Shown: piece by piece, positions 10,775-22,157 of the stretch
How the letters are laid out: each line of letters begins with the position of its first letter
How positions within the stretch are numbered: position 1 is the first letter of the stretch
Source of the DNA: Chrysochromulina tobinii
Taxonomy: Eukaryota
Direction of reading: 5' to 3'
DNA length: 36,380 bases
NCBI GenBank assembly: GCA_001275005.1
Contig: JWZX01002588.1
Coordinates: 1-36,380, forward strand
Translations under genes and position numbers: made by a program
Notes under the pieces: model-generated
The model's database searches: none
Seen by the model: only the letters and a program-made list of their open reading frames with translations
Told to the model about the DNA's origin: nothing

Positions 10775-12188
10775 TCACTTGGCGTCGGAGTCATAGCCGA
10801 GGTACGGTCCCATCCACTTTTCGGTCACCTCGAGCGACTGTCCCTTGCGGGCCGCGTAGTCGACCATCTGGTCCTTGCAGACCTTGCCCACCTGGAAGTA
10901 GGAGGCGCACTCGTTGGCGAAGACAAGCGCCGAGACCGAGGCCGCTGGGAGCATGGCGAGCGAGTCCGTCAGTTGGATGTCGCAGTTCTTATCCGCCTGG
11001 ATGAGCTCCCACATGAACTTCTTCTCCGTGTGGTCGGGCTGCGTCGGGTAGCCTGGGGCAGGCCGAATGCCCTGGTACTTCATCTTGAGCATGTCGTCCG
11101 CGGACAGCTTCTCGTCGGGAGCATAGCCCCAGAGCTCCTTGCGAATCTTGTGGTGCAGCAGCTCGGCGAAAGCCTCCGCGAGCCGATCGGCGACCGCCTC
11201 CATCATGATGCCCTTGTAGTCGTCGTTCTGCTCGCGCAGCTTGGCGCACACCTCCTCGCACCCGAAGCCGGCGGAGACGGCGAAGGCGCCAATGTAGTCG
11301 GTCTTGCCGCTCGTCTTCGGGGCGACGAAGTCGGACATGGCGTAGTAGGTCGCCTCTTCGCGCTCCTCCTGCTGGCGGAGCGTGTGGAAGGTGCCCAACT
11401 TGACGCCCGATCCGTCGGGCTTGTACACCTCGATGTCGTCGCCCACGCTATTCGCCGGCCAGATGCCCACGACGCCGTTCGCTTGGAGCGTCTTGTTCGC
11501 GATGATCTCGTCGATGAGCTTGAGCGCGTCGTTGTGCAGCTTCTTCGCCTCCTCGCCGACGGTCTCGTCGTTGAAGATCTTGGGGTAGCCGCGGTTGGGG
11601 TACTTGCCGCGCAGCTGCCACACCTGGAAGAAGGGGTTCCAGTCGATGTACGGCAGCATCTCCTTGAGGTCGTAGTCCTTGAAGACCTTGACGCCAAGGA
11701 GCTTAGGGGTCGGGATCGCGGTCGCCTTCCAATCGACGACGAGCATCTTGGCGCGCGCCTTTTCGAGCGAGAGGAACTTGCGCGAGGCGAGGGAACGGTA
11801 GTGGTCCTCGCGCATCTCCTCGTACTGCTCGCGCACGTCCTCCATGAACTCGGCGCGCTTCTTGTCGTTCAGGAGCGACTCGCACACAGAGACGGCGCGC
11901 GACGCGTCCAGCACGTGCATCGCGAAGCCCGATGGGTAGTTCGGTGACACCTTGACGGCCGTGTGCATCTTGGATGTGGTGGCGCCGCCGATGAGCAGGG
12001 GGATGCGAAGGCCCGTCCGCTCCATCTCCTTGGCCACAGTGACCATCTCGTCGAGCGAGGGAGTGATCAGGCCGGAGCAGCCGAGGATGTCCGCCTTATG
12101 GTCCACGCAGGCCTGCAGGATGTCGCGCGAGTTGCACATGACTCCGATGTCGACGATGGTGTAGTTGTTGCAGCCCAGCACGACGCCG

Positions 12189-12220
<32 letters not shown>

Positions 12221-15065
12221 CTTGACGGTGGCCATCACGACAACGCCCTTGCCCTTCTCCTCGATCTCGGCCAGGCCCGCCGCCTTGCGCTCGGCCGCGG
12301 CCTTGGCCTTCTCAGCCTCCATGAACGGCAGCAGGTACGCCACAGCCTTCTTCATGACGCGCGCCGACTTGATCACCTGCGGCAGGAACATCTTGCCCGC
12401 GCCGAAGAGATCGCCGACCACGTTCATGCCCTCCATGAGCGGACCCTCGATGACCTCCAGGTTGGTCGGGAACAGGTGACGCGCCTCCTCGGTGTCCTCC
12501 TCGATGAACTCGGCAATGCCCTTGACGAGGGCGTGCGTGAGGCGCGCGTTGACTGGCTTGCTGCGCCACTCAAGCGCGTCTTTCTTGGGGCCGGAGGACC
12601 CCTTGTTGTCCTTGTTCTCCTTTTGCTCCTCGGCGAACTTGAGCAGCCTCTCGACGTGCTCGCCGTCGGCCGATTGGTTGAGGACGACCTCCTCAATGTA
12701 GTCGCGCATCGGCTGCGGAATGTCCTCGTAGATGGGCATCGCGCCCGCGTTGACGATACCCATCGTCATCCCGTTCTTGATTGCGTGGTACAGGAAGACG
12801 GCGTGGATCGCCTCGCGCAGATCGAGGAGCCCACGGAAGCCGAACGAGAGGTTGGAGACGCCACCCGAGACCTTGGCACCGGGCAGGTTCTCAGTGATCC
12901 ACTTGGTGGCAAGGATGAAGTCCTTGCCGTAGTTGTTGTGCTCAGCGAGGCCGGTAGCGATCGTGAGGATGTTCGGGTCGAAGATGATGTCCCAGGGCGG
13001 GAAGTCGACCTTGGGCGACACGAGGATGTCGTACGCGCGCTTGCACATGGAGATCTTCTCCTCGTAACCCGCCGCCTGGCCCTTCTCATCAAAGGCCATG
13101 ACTACCACCGCCGCGCCGTAGCGTTTGACAATCTTGGCCTTGCGGATGAACTCCTCCTCGCCCTCCTTGAGCGAGATCGAGTTGACGATGCACTTGCCCT
13201 GGCAGCACTTGAGGCCCGCCTCCACAATGTGGAACTTGGACGAGTCGATGCAGAGGGGCAGCTTTGAGATGTCGGGCTCAGGGATGAGCATGTTGAGGAA
13301 CTTTTTCATCGCGAACTCGCCGTCGAGCAGCCCCTCGTCCATGTTGACGTCGATGACCTGCGCGCCCGACTCGGCCTGCTGGCGCGCGATCTCGAGCGCC
13401 TTGTCGTACTCGCCGTTCAGGATCAGCTTCTTGTACTTGGCTGAGCCCGCAATGTTGCACCGCTCGCCAATGTTCATGAACCCGAGGGACTTGTTCACAG
13501 TCAGAGGTTCGAGGCCCGAGATGCGCATCTCGGTGAAGGGCGGCGGGCGCTCGCGCGGACGGAACGGCGTGCCGTTCGCGATCGCGTCCATCACCATCTT
13601 GTTCACCGCCGCGATGTGCTCGGGCGTCGTGCCGCAGCACCCGCCAAGCGCGTTGACGAGACCCGTGTCAAGGAAGAGCTTGACCGACTTGGCGAACGAC
13701 TCGGGCGTCTCGTCGTAGCCGCCCATGGCGTTCGGCAGGCCGGCGTTCGGGTACGAGTGCACGAAGCACTCGGCCACGTTCGAGAGCGCCTGCATGAATG
13801 GGAGCATCTGGTCGGCTCCGAGCGCGCAGTTCAGGCCGATGCAGATGGGCTTCGCGTGCTGGACAGAGACGTAGAAAGCTTCCGTCGTCTGTCCGGAGAG
13901 GGTGCGGCCAGACATATCGACGATGGTGCCCGAGATCATCACCTGATGAGGGAGGCAATCAGACAGATGAGGGAGGCAATCAGACAGATGAGGGAGGCAA
14001 TCAGACAGATGAGGGAGGCAATCAGCCAGATGAGGGAGGCAATCAGCCAGATGACGCCCGAGATCATCACCGGCAGGCGCGGGCAGCCAGACTCCTCGTA
14101 GTACTCGTCGATCGCGTACAGCGCTGCCTTGGCGTTCAGCGTGTCGAAGATGGTCTCGACGAGCAGGATGTGCGCGCCGCCGTCGATCAGGCCCGCGACC
14201 TGCGTCTTATACGCGGCGACCACCTCGTCCCAGGTGCAGTTGCGGAAGCCAGGGTCCTCGACGGAGGGCGAGATGGAGAGCGTGCGGTTCGTCGGGCCGA
14301 TCGCGCCCGCCACCAGCCGCGGGCGGTGGGGCTCCTTGGCGGTGATCTCTTTGGCCGCGTCCACGGCGAGCTCGCATGCCTTCTTGTTCATGTCGTACAC
14401 GACGTGCTCCATCGCGTAGTCCGCCTGCGCGATGACGGTGCCCGAGAACGTGTTGGTCTCGCAAATGTCCGCGCCGGCCTCGTAGTACCGACGGTGGATC
14501 TCGCGGATCGTGTCCGGTTGCGTGAAGACGAGAAGATCGTTGTTGCCCTTGAGCTCCTGCGTCGGCGGGCAATCCTTGAACATCTCCATGCGGAAGTCCT
14601 CCTCGGTGAACTTGTACTGCTGGATCGTGGTGCCCATCGCGCCATCGATGATCATGATGCGCTCCTTCATGCACTTCGTGAGGTAGTCGTGGATCTTTTT
14701 CGCGTCCTGCTTGCCCGCCAGGCCCCACGGCAGGTCGGGCCAGTTGCCCTCGACCTTCTGGGCCACCTTCTTCGGCGCAGCCTTGGGGGCTCCACCGGCT
14801 ACGCCACGGGCCTCGGCCGTGGCCTTGCAGAGCGCCAGCTTCTTCGTCAGTGACTCGATCACCTGGGTTAGCTCCTCCTCGGACAAGGCGTCGTAGTCCA
14901 CGTTGGCTTGCTGGCGCTCGATTTCCTGAGGCGACAGAAGGCGGTGAGCTCGCCGCCGGTGAGCAGCGCAGCAAGGGAGAGGAGCAGCGTTGATAGAGAG
15001 ATCGCACGTTCGATGCACGGAGTCCACACCTTTTGGACGGCCGCGGCGATAGCGGTCTTGTCCAT
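10775..15065 (-). CDS. metH: Cobalamin-dependent methionine synthase; exons 15065-15030, 14925-14071, 13942-10775 (about 1352 aa)
   Basis: [21 protein letters not shown] (Hcy/Zn domain), IGERCN (pterin domain), [15 protein letters not shown] (cobalamin binding), GIRPAPGYP (AdoMet reactivation). Two GT-AG introns restore the frame. Confidence 0.97.
13943..14070 (-). other. Intron (GT-AG, 128 nt) = 21-nt copy of downstream exon + five 21-nt repeats + AG
   Basis: CCG|GTGATGATCTCGGGCGTCATC (TG[G/T]CTGATTGCCTCCCTCATC)x5 AG|GTGATGATCTCGGGCACCATC; removal restores the conserved [11 protein letters not shown]. Confidence 0.95.
14926..15029 (-). other. Conventional GT-AG intron (104 nt) of metH
   Basis: AAG|GTGTGG...GCTCAC...CCTCAG|GAA; gives an in-frame ATG exon. 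Confidence 0.8.
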
Positions 15066-15206
15066 GGCGAAATGGGAAGGAGGTCGGTCGCCGATCTTCA
15101 GATCCTCCGAGCCGGGTCCGGAGAAGTGTGAACTACATTGATCCCCAAAAGTGTGAATCTCCCCCCCAAACTCTTTCTGTTGACATCCTATAGGGCCTAC
15201 GCCATC

Positions 15207-16373
15207 CTATACGAATTCGGGATCCGGCGCTCCCTGGCCTGCTCCCTGCTGGCCTCCTAGCTTCTTCTTCTGCACCCTGTCCTTGTCCTCAAGCTCCATT
15301 TTGCGGCACATGTCCTCGAAAGAGCCACCGAAGATCTCCTCCTGCTCCGCCTCAAACTCTTCGACGTCATAAAATTCGCCCGAGCTGTCGACTCTGAACT
15401 TGTTCTTCACGATGGCCTGCGTATGCTGGTATGCCGGCAGCGAGACGAGCCATGCGAGCTCCTTGTCGAAGATGTGCTTCTCCTGGTTCCACTGCTCGAT
15501 GATCGCTTGTTGCTTCCGTACGGCGTGCTCGCAGTCCGCCGTGTGCCGGCTCCCTTGCGCCGCTTGCTTCGCCTTGAGACGCATGGTTCGCCGCTCGATC
15601 TCGGGCTGCTGCTCGTTGAGCCGTCGTGTGAGCGACGAGAGGAACTTCTTGTAGTCCGCAATGTGACGGGCCGCGAGCTGTCCGCTCTGGTGTATAGTGA
15701 GGAGAGCTTTTCGGTTCGCGAGCACCTGGGCCAGCACGGGCTGCTTCGGGTCGTAGTCGGCGATCTTGAGTGGCTCTGCCCTGACCGTCGTCACCAAGGG
15801 CGAGGCCATGCTTGGTGGAGGGGTGGGGGGCGCCAGCATCCGCTCCTCCTTTTTCTTGAGGGTGAGTTTGTCCAGCCTGGGGATCGCTTGCTCGGCATCC
15901 TTCACGCTCGGGTCGAGAATGAGCACGCGACGCATGTCGTCGCACGCCCGTGAAAACTCGCCGAGTGCCTCCCTGGCCAGGCCTCGGCGGAACAGCGCCT
16001 TGGCATAGTCGGGCCGCAGCTCGAGTGCAAGCGTCGCATCAAACTCAGCGGCTACGAAGGCGTGCAGAGCCAAATGGCACGCTGCCCGATTCGAATAGCA
16101 CGCTGCAATCTCGGATGCAGGGAGTAGCAGCGTCCTATCGGCGAGTAGGTCACGGCCTTCTGCATGGGGCTTCATGTGCTCACCAAGCCAATCACCCTTC
16201 ATAGTTGCGCCAGCCGTCTCCAACGCGAGCGTGTAGCACTTCTCCGCAGCTTGGTACTCGCCCTTGGCGTAGAAATCATTCCCTTGCCCCTTTGCCAGAA
16301 GTGCAAATTGTCGGGACGCTTCAACGCTCTCGAAGCGCCCTGCGAGCATCTCAAGAGCCCTCGCCGATTCCAT
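15207..16373 (-). CDS. TPR protein of carboxylate-clamp co-chaperone type with coiled-coil C-terminus
   Basis: KGQGNDFYAKGEY..A..CY, CYSNRAACHLAL, YAKALFRRGLAREAL: three TPRs with K/N/N/K/R clamp residues. Confidence 0.85.
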   Translation of the reverse strand: MESARALEMLAGRFESVEASRQFALLAKGQGNDFYAKGEYQAAEKCYTLALETAGATMKGDWLGEHMKPHAEGRDLLADRTLLLPASEIAACYSNRAACHLALHAFVAAEFDATLALELRPDYAKALFRRGLAREALGEFSRACDDMRRVLILDPSVKDAEQAIPRLDKLTLKKKEERMLAPPTPPPSMASPLVTTVRAEPLKIADYDPKQPVLAQVLANRKALLTIHQSGQLAARHIADYKKFLSSLTRRLNEQQPEIERRTMRLKAKQAAQGSRHTADCEHAVRKQQAIIEQWNQEKHIFDKELAWLVSLPAYQHTQAIVKNKFRVDSSGEFYDVEEFEAEQEEIFGGSFEDMCRKMELEDKDRVQKKKLGGQQGAGQGAPDPEFV

Positions 16374-16433
16374 GTGAAGAGTCTGAAGAGCTACAAGTAG
16401 GCGTGGCGAGGAGGAGAGCGCTACAGTAGTTTC

Positions 16434-16507
16434 AGGCACCACCGGACTACCGGTAAAAAGACACCGGGGGGAGCCGGGACACACAGTCCGGTAGTCCGGT
16501 GGTGCCT
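16434..16507. repeat. Perfect 20-bp inverted repeat with 34-nt spacer
   Basis: AGGCACCACCGGACTACCGG (16434-16453) / CCGGTAGTCCGGTGGTGCCT (16488-16507). Confidence 0.95.
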
Positions 16508-17643
16508 CATACGCTAGGTAGGGGGGCGTGTGTGTGGGGACTGTGCTTGACTTGTGGGGAACATCCGGGGAGCCTCGCTTTGCATGCTTTGTGAAAAAAG
16601 AGGGGGGAAGGGGGGGAAGGGTCATTTGCAGGAAGATGCGGGATTTAAAGCACGGCTTTTCGAGGAGCATGTTGAAGTGATTTAGAGATGATTATACATG
16701 TAGTCCCGAGGTACATGTATGCCATGAGAGCCGAACATTGCACTCACTCACGTATGATCTGCAATCAAGCACAGTGTTTAAGCACAGTGTTAATTGCAAA
16801 CACACATACCCCTGCTACCCCTGCTTGGACGTGTGGACCGACGCTCACACAGCCTGCCAAACACACATTACCCTCAGGGCCCATTACCCTATCGGTGGCG
16901 TGCAAGACGGCCTCGCTTGGACGCAGCAGCTCATAAGAGAAACAACAGACGCACACCAGGATCGAGGATGACCGTATTATGACCGTATGGCTGTAGAGCA
17001 GCCCCAATGCATCTAAATGCATCTTGAGCACAGTCCATTCCTTTCCCCACATCTGCCCCCCCCACACACTCGTGCATATCAACCCCCCCATGCTTGACAT
17101 GTTCCAGCATGCTTGGCAGTTGGCACTGGTGCATATTGGCGACCAGGGCCTTACCAATGCGCTTCTGGCCGAAGCCGTACCGTATTTGAGGATGCGAGGG
17201 CGGATCGGTGAGCAGTCTTGGCCTCCTCCACACACGCCGACAAAGGAGGCCCTTGTTCCCGAGGAGCGAAACCACGAAACACAAGGCTTTTCACAGCACA
17301 GGGTAAATTCGACACCTGTTTGACAGTGTTGAGCAAACATCTCGTCTTCCCACAGCCCGACAGAAGCAAAAGTGCTCCACATGCTTGGTATTTTGAGTGT
17401 CATGCTTCGGCGACAAGATTCCTCTTCACCGTTTCACGGTGTTCAGTTGTTCACCGCGAGCCCTTCCGCGGGGTGTCGACTGATTGCGTGGACTCTCTGC
17501 CAGGGTACAGTTAGGGTACGTGTATGTTACCAACGCCGCTGCTAACAGTGGCCCCATCGGTACTATTGGGTTACGTTAGGGGGGAGGGTCTCTCCTTCCC
17601 CCGCCCGCCGCCGATTAACGGCCTGTGTAATAGCAGGCTGTGT

Positions 17644-17722
17644 CGGCCACGCCTCCGTCCATTGCGATTGCGGCCCCCGTGCTTGGGGGTCCGGAGAGCG
17701 CGCGCGTTGTGTGTTTCACAGC
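17644..17722 (+). repeat. Dispersed 79-bp repeat, copy 1 (upstream of CSPP1-like gene)
   Basis: 71/79 identical to 30468-30546, ungapped. Confidence 0.93.
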
Positions 17723-17850
17723 AGCAGCACCGCGAGTCTTGGTTTCGTCACACGCGTGTGCCAAAACGCGCGGGTTTTGCGCGCCGCCGGAGCGACCACA
17801 ACGCCAAAGCGGTCGGCATAGTTGCCGGCATTGATCAAGGGCAACGATCA

Positions 17851-20160
17851 ATGCCGCCACGAATTGTTACGATCTCGGCAGATGCGGTTGCCTCGCACGT
17901 CGCACCACCACTGCAGCAAGGCTACTACCAACCACCGCCAACTCATGTCGTGCAACAGCCGTATTACTCGGCTCCACCGCCACAGCCCGCGCTGCAGTAC
18001 TACCAGCCGCCGCCGCAGCAGCAATTATACCAGCCGCCGCCACATATGGTCGCATATCAGCCGCTGCCACCGCACGCGGCCGCGTACCAGCCGCCGCCAC
18101 CAGTGCAAACAGGACTGTGGCTCGACAACCACAGCGTATCACATGTGTCGCCCGAGTCACACATTCGCGACGCGGCGTGGAGAACGGACCAGCGCGACCT
18201 CGACCAGAAGCGAGCGCAGCAGGAGCGCACGCGCATGGAATTGCAGAGGCAGATCGACGAGAGGAAGGCTCAGAAGGATGCGAAAGCCGCCGAGCTCAAG
18301 CGTATCGAGGCGCGTGAAGCGGCCGAAGAGCGCAGCTACAACCCCTTTGGGCGCGGCGGTGGCGGCGCGCCGCTACGCGACGCCGAAGGCAACCTGCAGA
18401 CGGATCTGCGCCACGTCAAGCCCGATCGGTCGCCGGCGGCTCGGAGTACCGCAGAAGCGCTGTACGGTGCGCCTGACCGCGAGGGCGCCGTCGCCGCCGC
18501 CGCCGCCGCCGCCGCCGCAGCCGCCGCAGCGGCTGCTGCTGCGGCGCCGCCACCGCCGCGACCATTGCAGCCGCCGCCGCCCCCACAACCGCATCAGCAG
18601 CAGTGGCAGGCCCCCGAGCAGCAGTGGCAAGCGCCCGCGCCAGCCCATACTGCCGCGGCGCAGCAGCACGTTACATTTGCGCCGCCGCCGCGGCCACGGC
18701 CACCGCCGCCGCAGCAGCCGCCGGCGCAGCAGCAGCAGGCCGTGCCGATGGCGCCGCCGCCGATGCCGCCGGCGCCGGCGACGCCCGCCGATGCGTTCGC
18801 GAGGCAGGAGGCCAATGCCGCTCGCCTCGGCTCGCAAATGTCGCGTGGCGCGTTCTCGATCGGTGGCGGCATGGGCGGCGACGACGACGGCGACGGCGGC
18901 GGTGGCGAGTCCATTTTAGGGCTCCTGGGTGGCACTGCGAGCGCGGCGGCGGCTCCTCGACGGCGCGATCGAAGCACGTCCCTCTTGCCGTCCGGGATCG
19001 CGATGCCCGTCGTGAGCCTGGGCGGTGACGCGCCGCCACCAGTCGTTCGTGGAGGCGTTGTGGGTCATCCTAATTTGGGTCGTCGCATTGAGGACCCTAA
19101 TTTGGGTGGAGCTGAGGAGCGCCCGGGCCGACCCAAATTAGGTCGACGCGTCGGCGCAGGCGCGCCCGCGGGCGGCGACGGGCGCGCGGACAAGCGTGCG
19201 ATGGGCCCCTGGGCCCGTTCCGTGGCGGGCGCCGTGGCGGGCGCCGTGGCGGGCTCGAAGACCCTCGCCCGGAGCACATCGGCGCCGCAGCGCGACGGCG
19301 GCGGTGTGGACGGGCTGAGCGGCGCCCTCAAGACGGCTGCAGGCGTCGGACGGCGCGCCGCCGGTTCGGCCCACCCGTCGGCGCGCGCGCCGCCACCCCC
19401 GACCGGCGCGAGTGCCAGCTCCGCGACGAGCGCCGCCTCGGGCGCGAGGCGCGGCGGCCGGCCTTCTACACACGTCCCCGCTGATGAGCTGCACCGGCAG
19501 CTCGAATCTCGCGATGACGAGATCCGCAATCTCCGTCGGCAGCTCGAGGCTGAGAGGCTCCTTCTCGCACAACGTACGGAGCTCCTTCTGGAGCCTGGGA
19601 ATCGCTCACCCGAGGTCTTACGACAACTAGTCGGCTCTGTCTTCCCTCCGTCCGCCGGCGCTGGCGCTCACGCCGGCGCTCATGCCGGCGCTCTGACAGG
19701 AGGCGCCTCCACGAGCCCGCATCGCTCCCCGCATCGCACGCTGGCACCCAAAACGCTCGACACAGCGCTCCGCGTCGGCGCCACGGCCGTTCCCACGCCC
19801 ATCCCATACGCGCCCAATACAGCGCCCTCATATGCGCCCACACCCAGCGGGGGAGATGGAGTGTGGGACGCGGAAGTCGGCGCTGTATTGGGCGTTCTGC
19901 CTGTGTCGGTGGTGCAGCCGAGCGCCGTTGGAGGGTTCGGCACCGGCGGCGACGCCTACCTTGCCGCATCCAAGGCGTGCGTGCGTGCAGACGGGATGCG
20001 CTGCGGCCGGCTCGAGGCTGCCAAGATGCTCGCGCTCGTACGGCGTTACAAAATCATCGTGCCCCCAGACATGGCCGAAGCGGCGAAGAAAAAGGGGATG
20101 TGCAGCTACACTGTCTTCATCGATCGACTCAGAGAACTCGGCGCCGCGTCGGCAGCGTGA
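17851..20160 (+). CDS. CSPP1/CCDC66-like centrosomal or ciliary protein, Pro/Gln/Ala-rich
   Basis: Coiled coil [13 protein letters not shown] followed by [24 protein letters not shown], resembling the CSPP1 signature; possible degenerate EF-hand at the C-terminus; hidden introns not excluded. Confidence 0.7.
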   Translation: MPPRIVTISADAVASHVAPPLQQGYYQPPPTHVVQQPYYSAPPPQPALQYYQPPPQQQLYQPPPHMVAYQPLPPHAAAYQPPPPVQTGLWLDNHSVSHVSPESHIRDAAWRTDQRDLDQKRAQQERTRMELQRQIDERKAQKDAKAAELKRIEAREAAEERSYNPFGRGGGGAPLRDAEGNLQTDLRHVKPDRSPAARSTAEALYGAPDREGAVAAAAAAAAAAAAAAAAAAPPPPRPLQPPPPPQPHQQQWQAPEQQWQAPAPAHTAAAQQHVTFAPPPRPRPPPPQQPPAQQQQAVPMAPPPMPPAPATPADAFARQEANAARLGSQMSRGAFSIGGGMGGDDDGDGGGGESILGLLGGTASAAAAPRRRDRSTSLLPSGIAMPVVSLGGDAPPPVVRGGVVGHPNLGRRIEDPNLGGAEERPGRPKLGRRVGAGAPAGGDGRADKRAMGPWARSVAGAVAGAVAGSKTLARSTSAPQRDGGGVDGLSGALKTAAGVGRRAAGSAHPSARAPPPPTGASASSATSAASGARRGGRPSTHVPADELHRQLESRDDEIRNLRRQLEAERLLLAQRTELLLEPGNRSPEVLRQLVGSVFPPSAGAGAHAGAHAGALTGGASTSPHRSPHRTLAPKTLDTALRVGATAVPTPIPYAPNTAPSYAPTPSGGDGVWDAEVGAVLGVLPVSVVQPSAVGGFGTGGDAYLAASKACVRADGMRCGRLEAAKMLALVRRYKIIVPPDMAEAAKKKGMCSYTVFIDRLRELGAASAA

Positions 20161-20282
20161 GCGGTCCTACGGGTCGGACTCGGATTCGGGCCTGCCTCCG
20201 GCCTCGGTGATCGGATCAGTAGCGCGTCAACTTTAAGCTCCAACCGACGGCTAACCGACGGCGGGCGACGCGGCCCATTCGA

Positions 20283-20636
20283 TGTGACCGCGGCAGCCGG
20301 GCCCGCCGAGCCGATGGCCGACGCGCACGGGGCACGGCAGCCAGCGACGGCAGGCTCCGCTCACCACGCTGGCACCGACGGCAGCGGGGTGCACAGGCGA
20401 TGTCTGCACGTGTTCGGCCGTCCGGTTGCCGTTTCGCTCGGTCCGCGTCCGTCGGGGTGTCAGAGAGGGACGTTGATACGTTTCAGAATTACACTACTCA
20501 AAATGTACGGAGTCCGTGTGAACTGGCGACTCCGGGTCTCTTCAGCCGGCTGAGAGACGGCGGGTGGGAGACGAGAGGTCTGGCTGAAAAAGACGTCCGA
20601 CCTCCGCACAGCACGTCGCGCGGTGCCGCGGTCACA
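20283..20636. mobile_element. Putative non-autonomous TIR element or solo-LTR-like insert with TGT...ACA ends
   Basis: Perfect 13-bp TIR TGTGACCGCGGCA / TGCCGCGGTCACA; flanks TTCGA / CTCGA (4/5 match, TSD-like). Confidence 0.55.
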
Positions 20637-21909
20637 CTCGAACGACCACACGCGCGGACCTGCTGCCGCTGGGGCCGCTCCCGCTGGGGCCGCTCCCGCT
20701 GGGGCAGCTCCCGCTTGGTGCATACGCGCCTCGGAAAGAAATGGGTGGAGCCATCTGCGGGAGCCTCTTGGACTGCGCCGGTGGCCCTATGGAACGTGGA
20801 GTCGTTTTGCAGCCAAGAAGACGCGGCGATGGGCTGCCACGAGGGGAGAAGAATCTATCCTTGAGCTTATCGCTCACGACCTCTTCCTGTGGCTCCTTTT
20901 TGTCAGAGAACAGCCGGCGCGTTGCCCGATGGCCCTCCTCGATGGCGCCGTCGATTGCCGCCTGCGCCTCTGCGCGGAGCGTCTCAAAGTAGCCAGCGCC
21001 TTCGGCAGGTGGATCTTGCATAGCCTGCGGTGTTTGCTTGCGAGGCGTCGAATAAGCGGTCGCGTGAAACGGCGAACCTGAAGGCACAGCCTTCGTCACA
21101 CGCTTAGCACTCACGGAAGCAGGTGTCGCTGGCTGCGAGAAGGACACCGCGGAGGCGTTGTGGCACTCCTTCTCGGATGATATCTCTTGCATGACTGAGA
21201 TCACTGGATTACTCAAGCCTATCCAGTCGCTGATAGGTTGCCACCAGCTGTTGTACAGCAAATCTGCTGCAGGCGGCGCGGCGAGCGATTCTGACGGCGC
21301 GGCGGGCGCGGTAGACGGCGTCCTCGACGGCGATTTGGCAGGCTGTGCACGTGCGTTGCGGCCGGCCCACGTTGATGCGGATGGCATCTGTGATGGGTGC
21401 AGCGGCAGCGGATGCCGAATGGCTCTCAAGGGGGACGCAGCCGGTTTCGGAGGTGTTGGCGGCGGTTTGATGCCGACTGACGCCTCGTATTGCGCCTCGC
21501 CTCGTCTCCTCGCCTCCGTCTCCTCCTTGACAAACTGCGACAGATTTTTGAGCGTGTGTGTGTTCGCTCCTTCCAACTCGGCGCGCTCCCGTGCCTTCTT
21601 CCGGGCGATCCGCGCACGCACTTTGGCGATCTTACGAGCCGCATCAATTTCGGCCATGGCCAATTCGACAGCGTACCGCTGCGAGGCGGAGAGCCGCTTG
21701 ACGCAGAATTGTCGTCGCGCGTCGCCGAGGTGAGCGAGCGGATTCTCAAGCGGCATGAAGTAGTCCGGGTCATACTCGCCTGGGGCCTGCGCGAGCGCCT
21801 TTGCGATGAAGGTGCCGAGACGATTTAGGTCCTCATGTGGCTTGTCATCGTCGTTGATAGGCTTACCTGGAGTCGCGCCGCCCGACTGCAGTGCGAGGAG
21901 CCCAAACAT
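20632..21909 (-). CDS. Hypothetical protein (helical N-terminal part, Pro/Ser-rich middle)
   Basis: 425-codon ATG ORF with protein-like composition; no recognisable family; 15-bp repeats near the C-terminus. Confidence 0.6.
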   Translation of the reverse strand: MFGLLALQSGGATPGKPINDDDKPHEDLNRLGTFIAKALAQAPGEYDPDYFMPLENPLAHLGDARRQFCVKRLSASQRYAVELAMAEIDAARKIAKVRARIARKKARERAELEGANTHTLKNLSQFVKEETEARRRGEAQYEASVGIKPPPTPPKPAASPLRAIRHPLPLHPSQMPSASTWAGRNARAQPAKSPSRTPSTAPAAPSESLAAPPAADLLYNSWWQPISDWIGLSNPVISVMQEISSEKECHNASAVSFSQPATPASVSAKRVTKAVPSGSPFHATAYSTPRKQTPQAMQDPPAEGAGYFETLRAEAQAAIDGAIEEGHRATRRLFSDKKEPQEEVVSDKLKDRFFSPRGSPSPRLLGCKTTPRSIGPPAQSKRLPQMAPPISFRGAYAPSGSCPSGSGPSGSGPSGSRSARVVVRV

Positions 21910-22157
21910 TAGGCGCTCCAGTCCAATGCGAGCTCATCAAACGACGCGCGGGCATACCAAGTACACATACGTAGGTCGAGGTCAAGGATGGAGAGAACGT
22001 CCACCTCAGGTAGGATGGGAGAACCTGTGCGTTTTACGTGTTGTGTGAATTCATAAGTGATGAAGAGCTTTAGAGGCCCGTCCATAGTGTTTTCGTCAGG
22101 GACTGGGACTTGTGGAGGGGCCTTCATTTCAGCAGCAACCCGGCGTACTCCAGTGCC

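Noticed and set aside
13939..14070. Peptide repeats such as LIASLIC/MREAIRQ (also WQSVAISGN at about 28550)
   Set aside because: Translations of intronic minisatellites, not protein.
10973..14853. Long plus-strand ORFs over metH (and similar shadows over other genes)
   Set aside because: Expected antisense or alternative-frame ORFs in high-GC coding DNA.
16374..16670. N-terminal extension of the TPR ORF
   Set aside because: It runs through the inverted repeat and G-tracts with poor coding character; ATG 16373 preferred.
16688..17514. Transposase or viral ORF in the low-GC island
   Set aside because: No recognisable motifs in any frame.
17644..17722. U1 snRNA or tRNA identity of the dispersed repeat
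   Set aside because: Only a partial CCATTGC resemblance; no 5' ATACTTACC, Sm site or cloverleaf.
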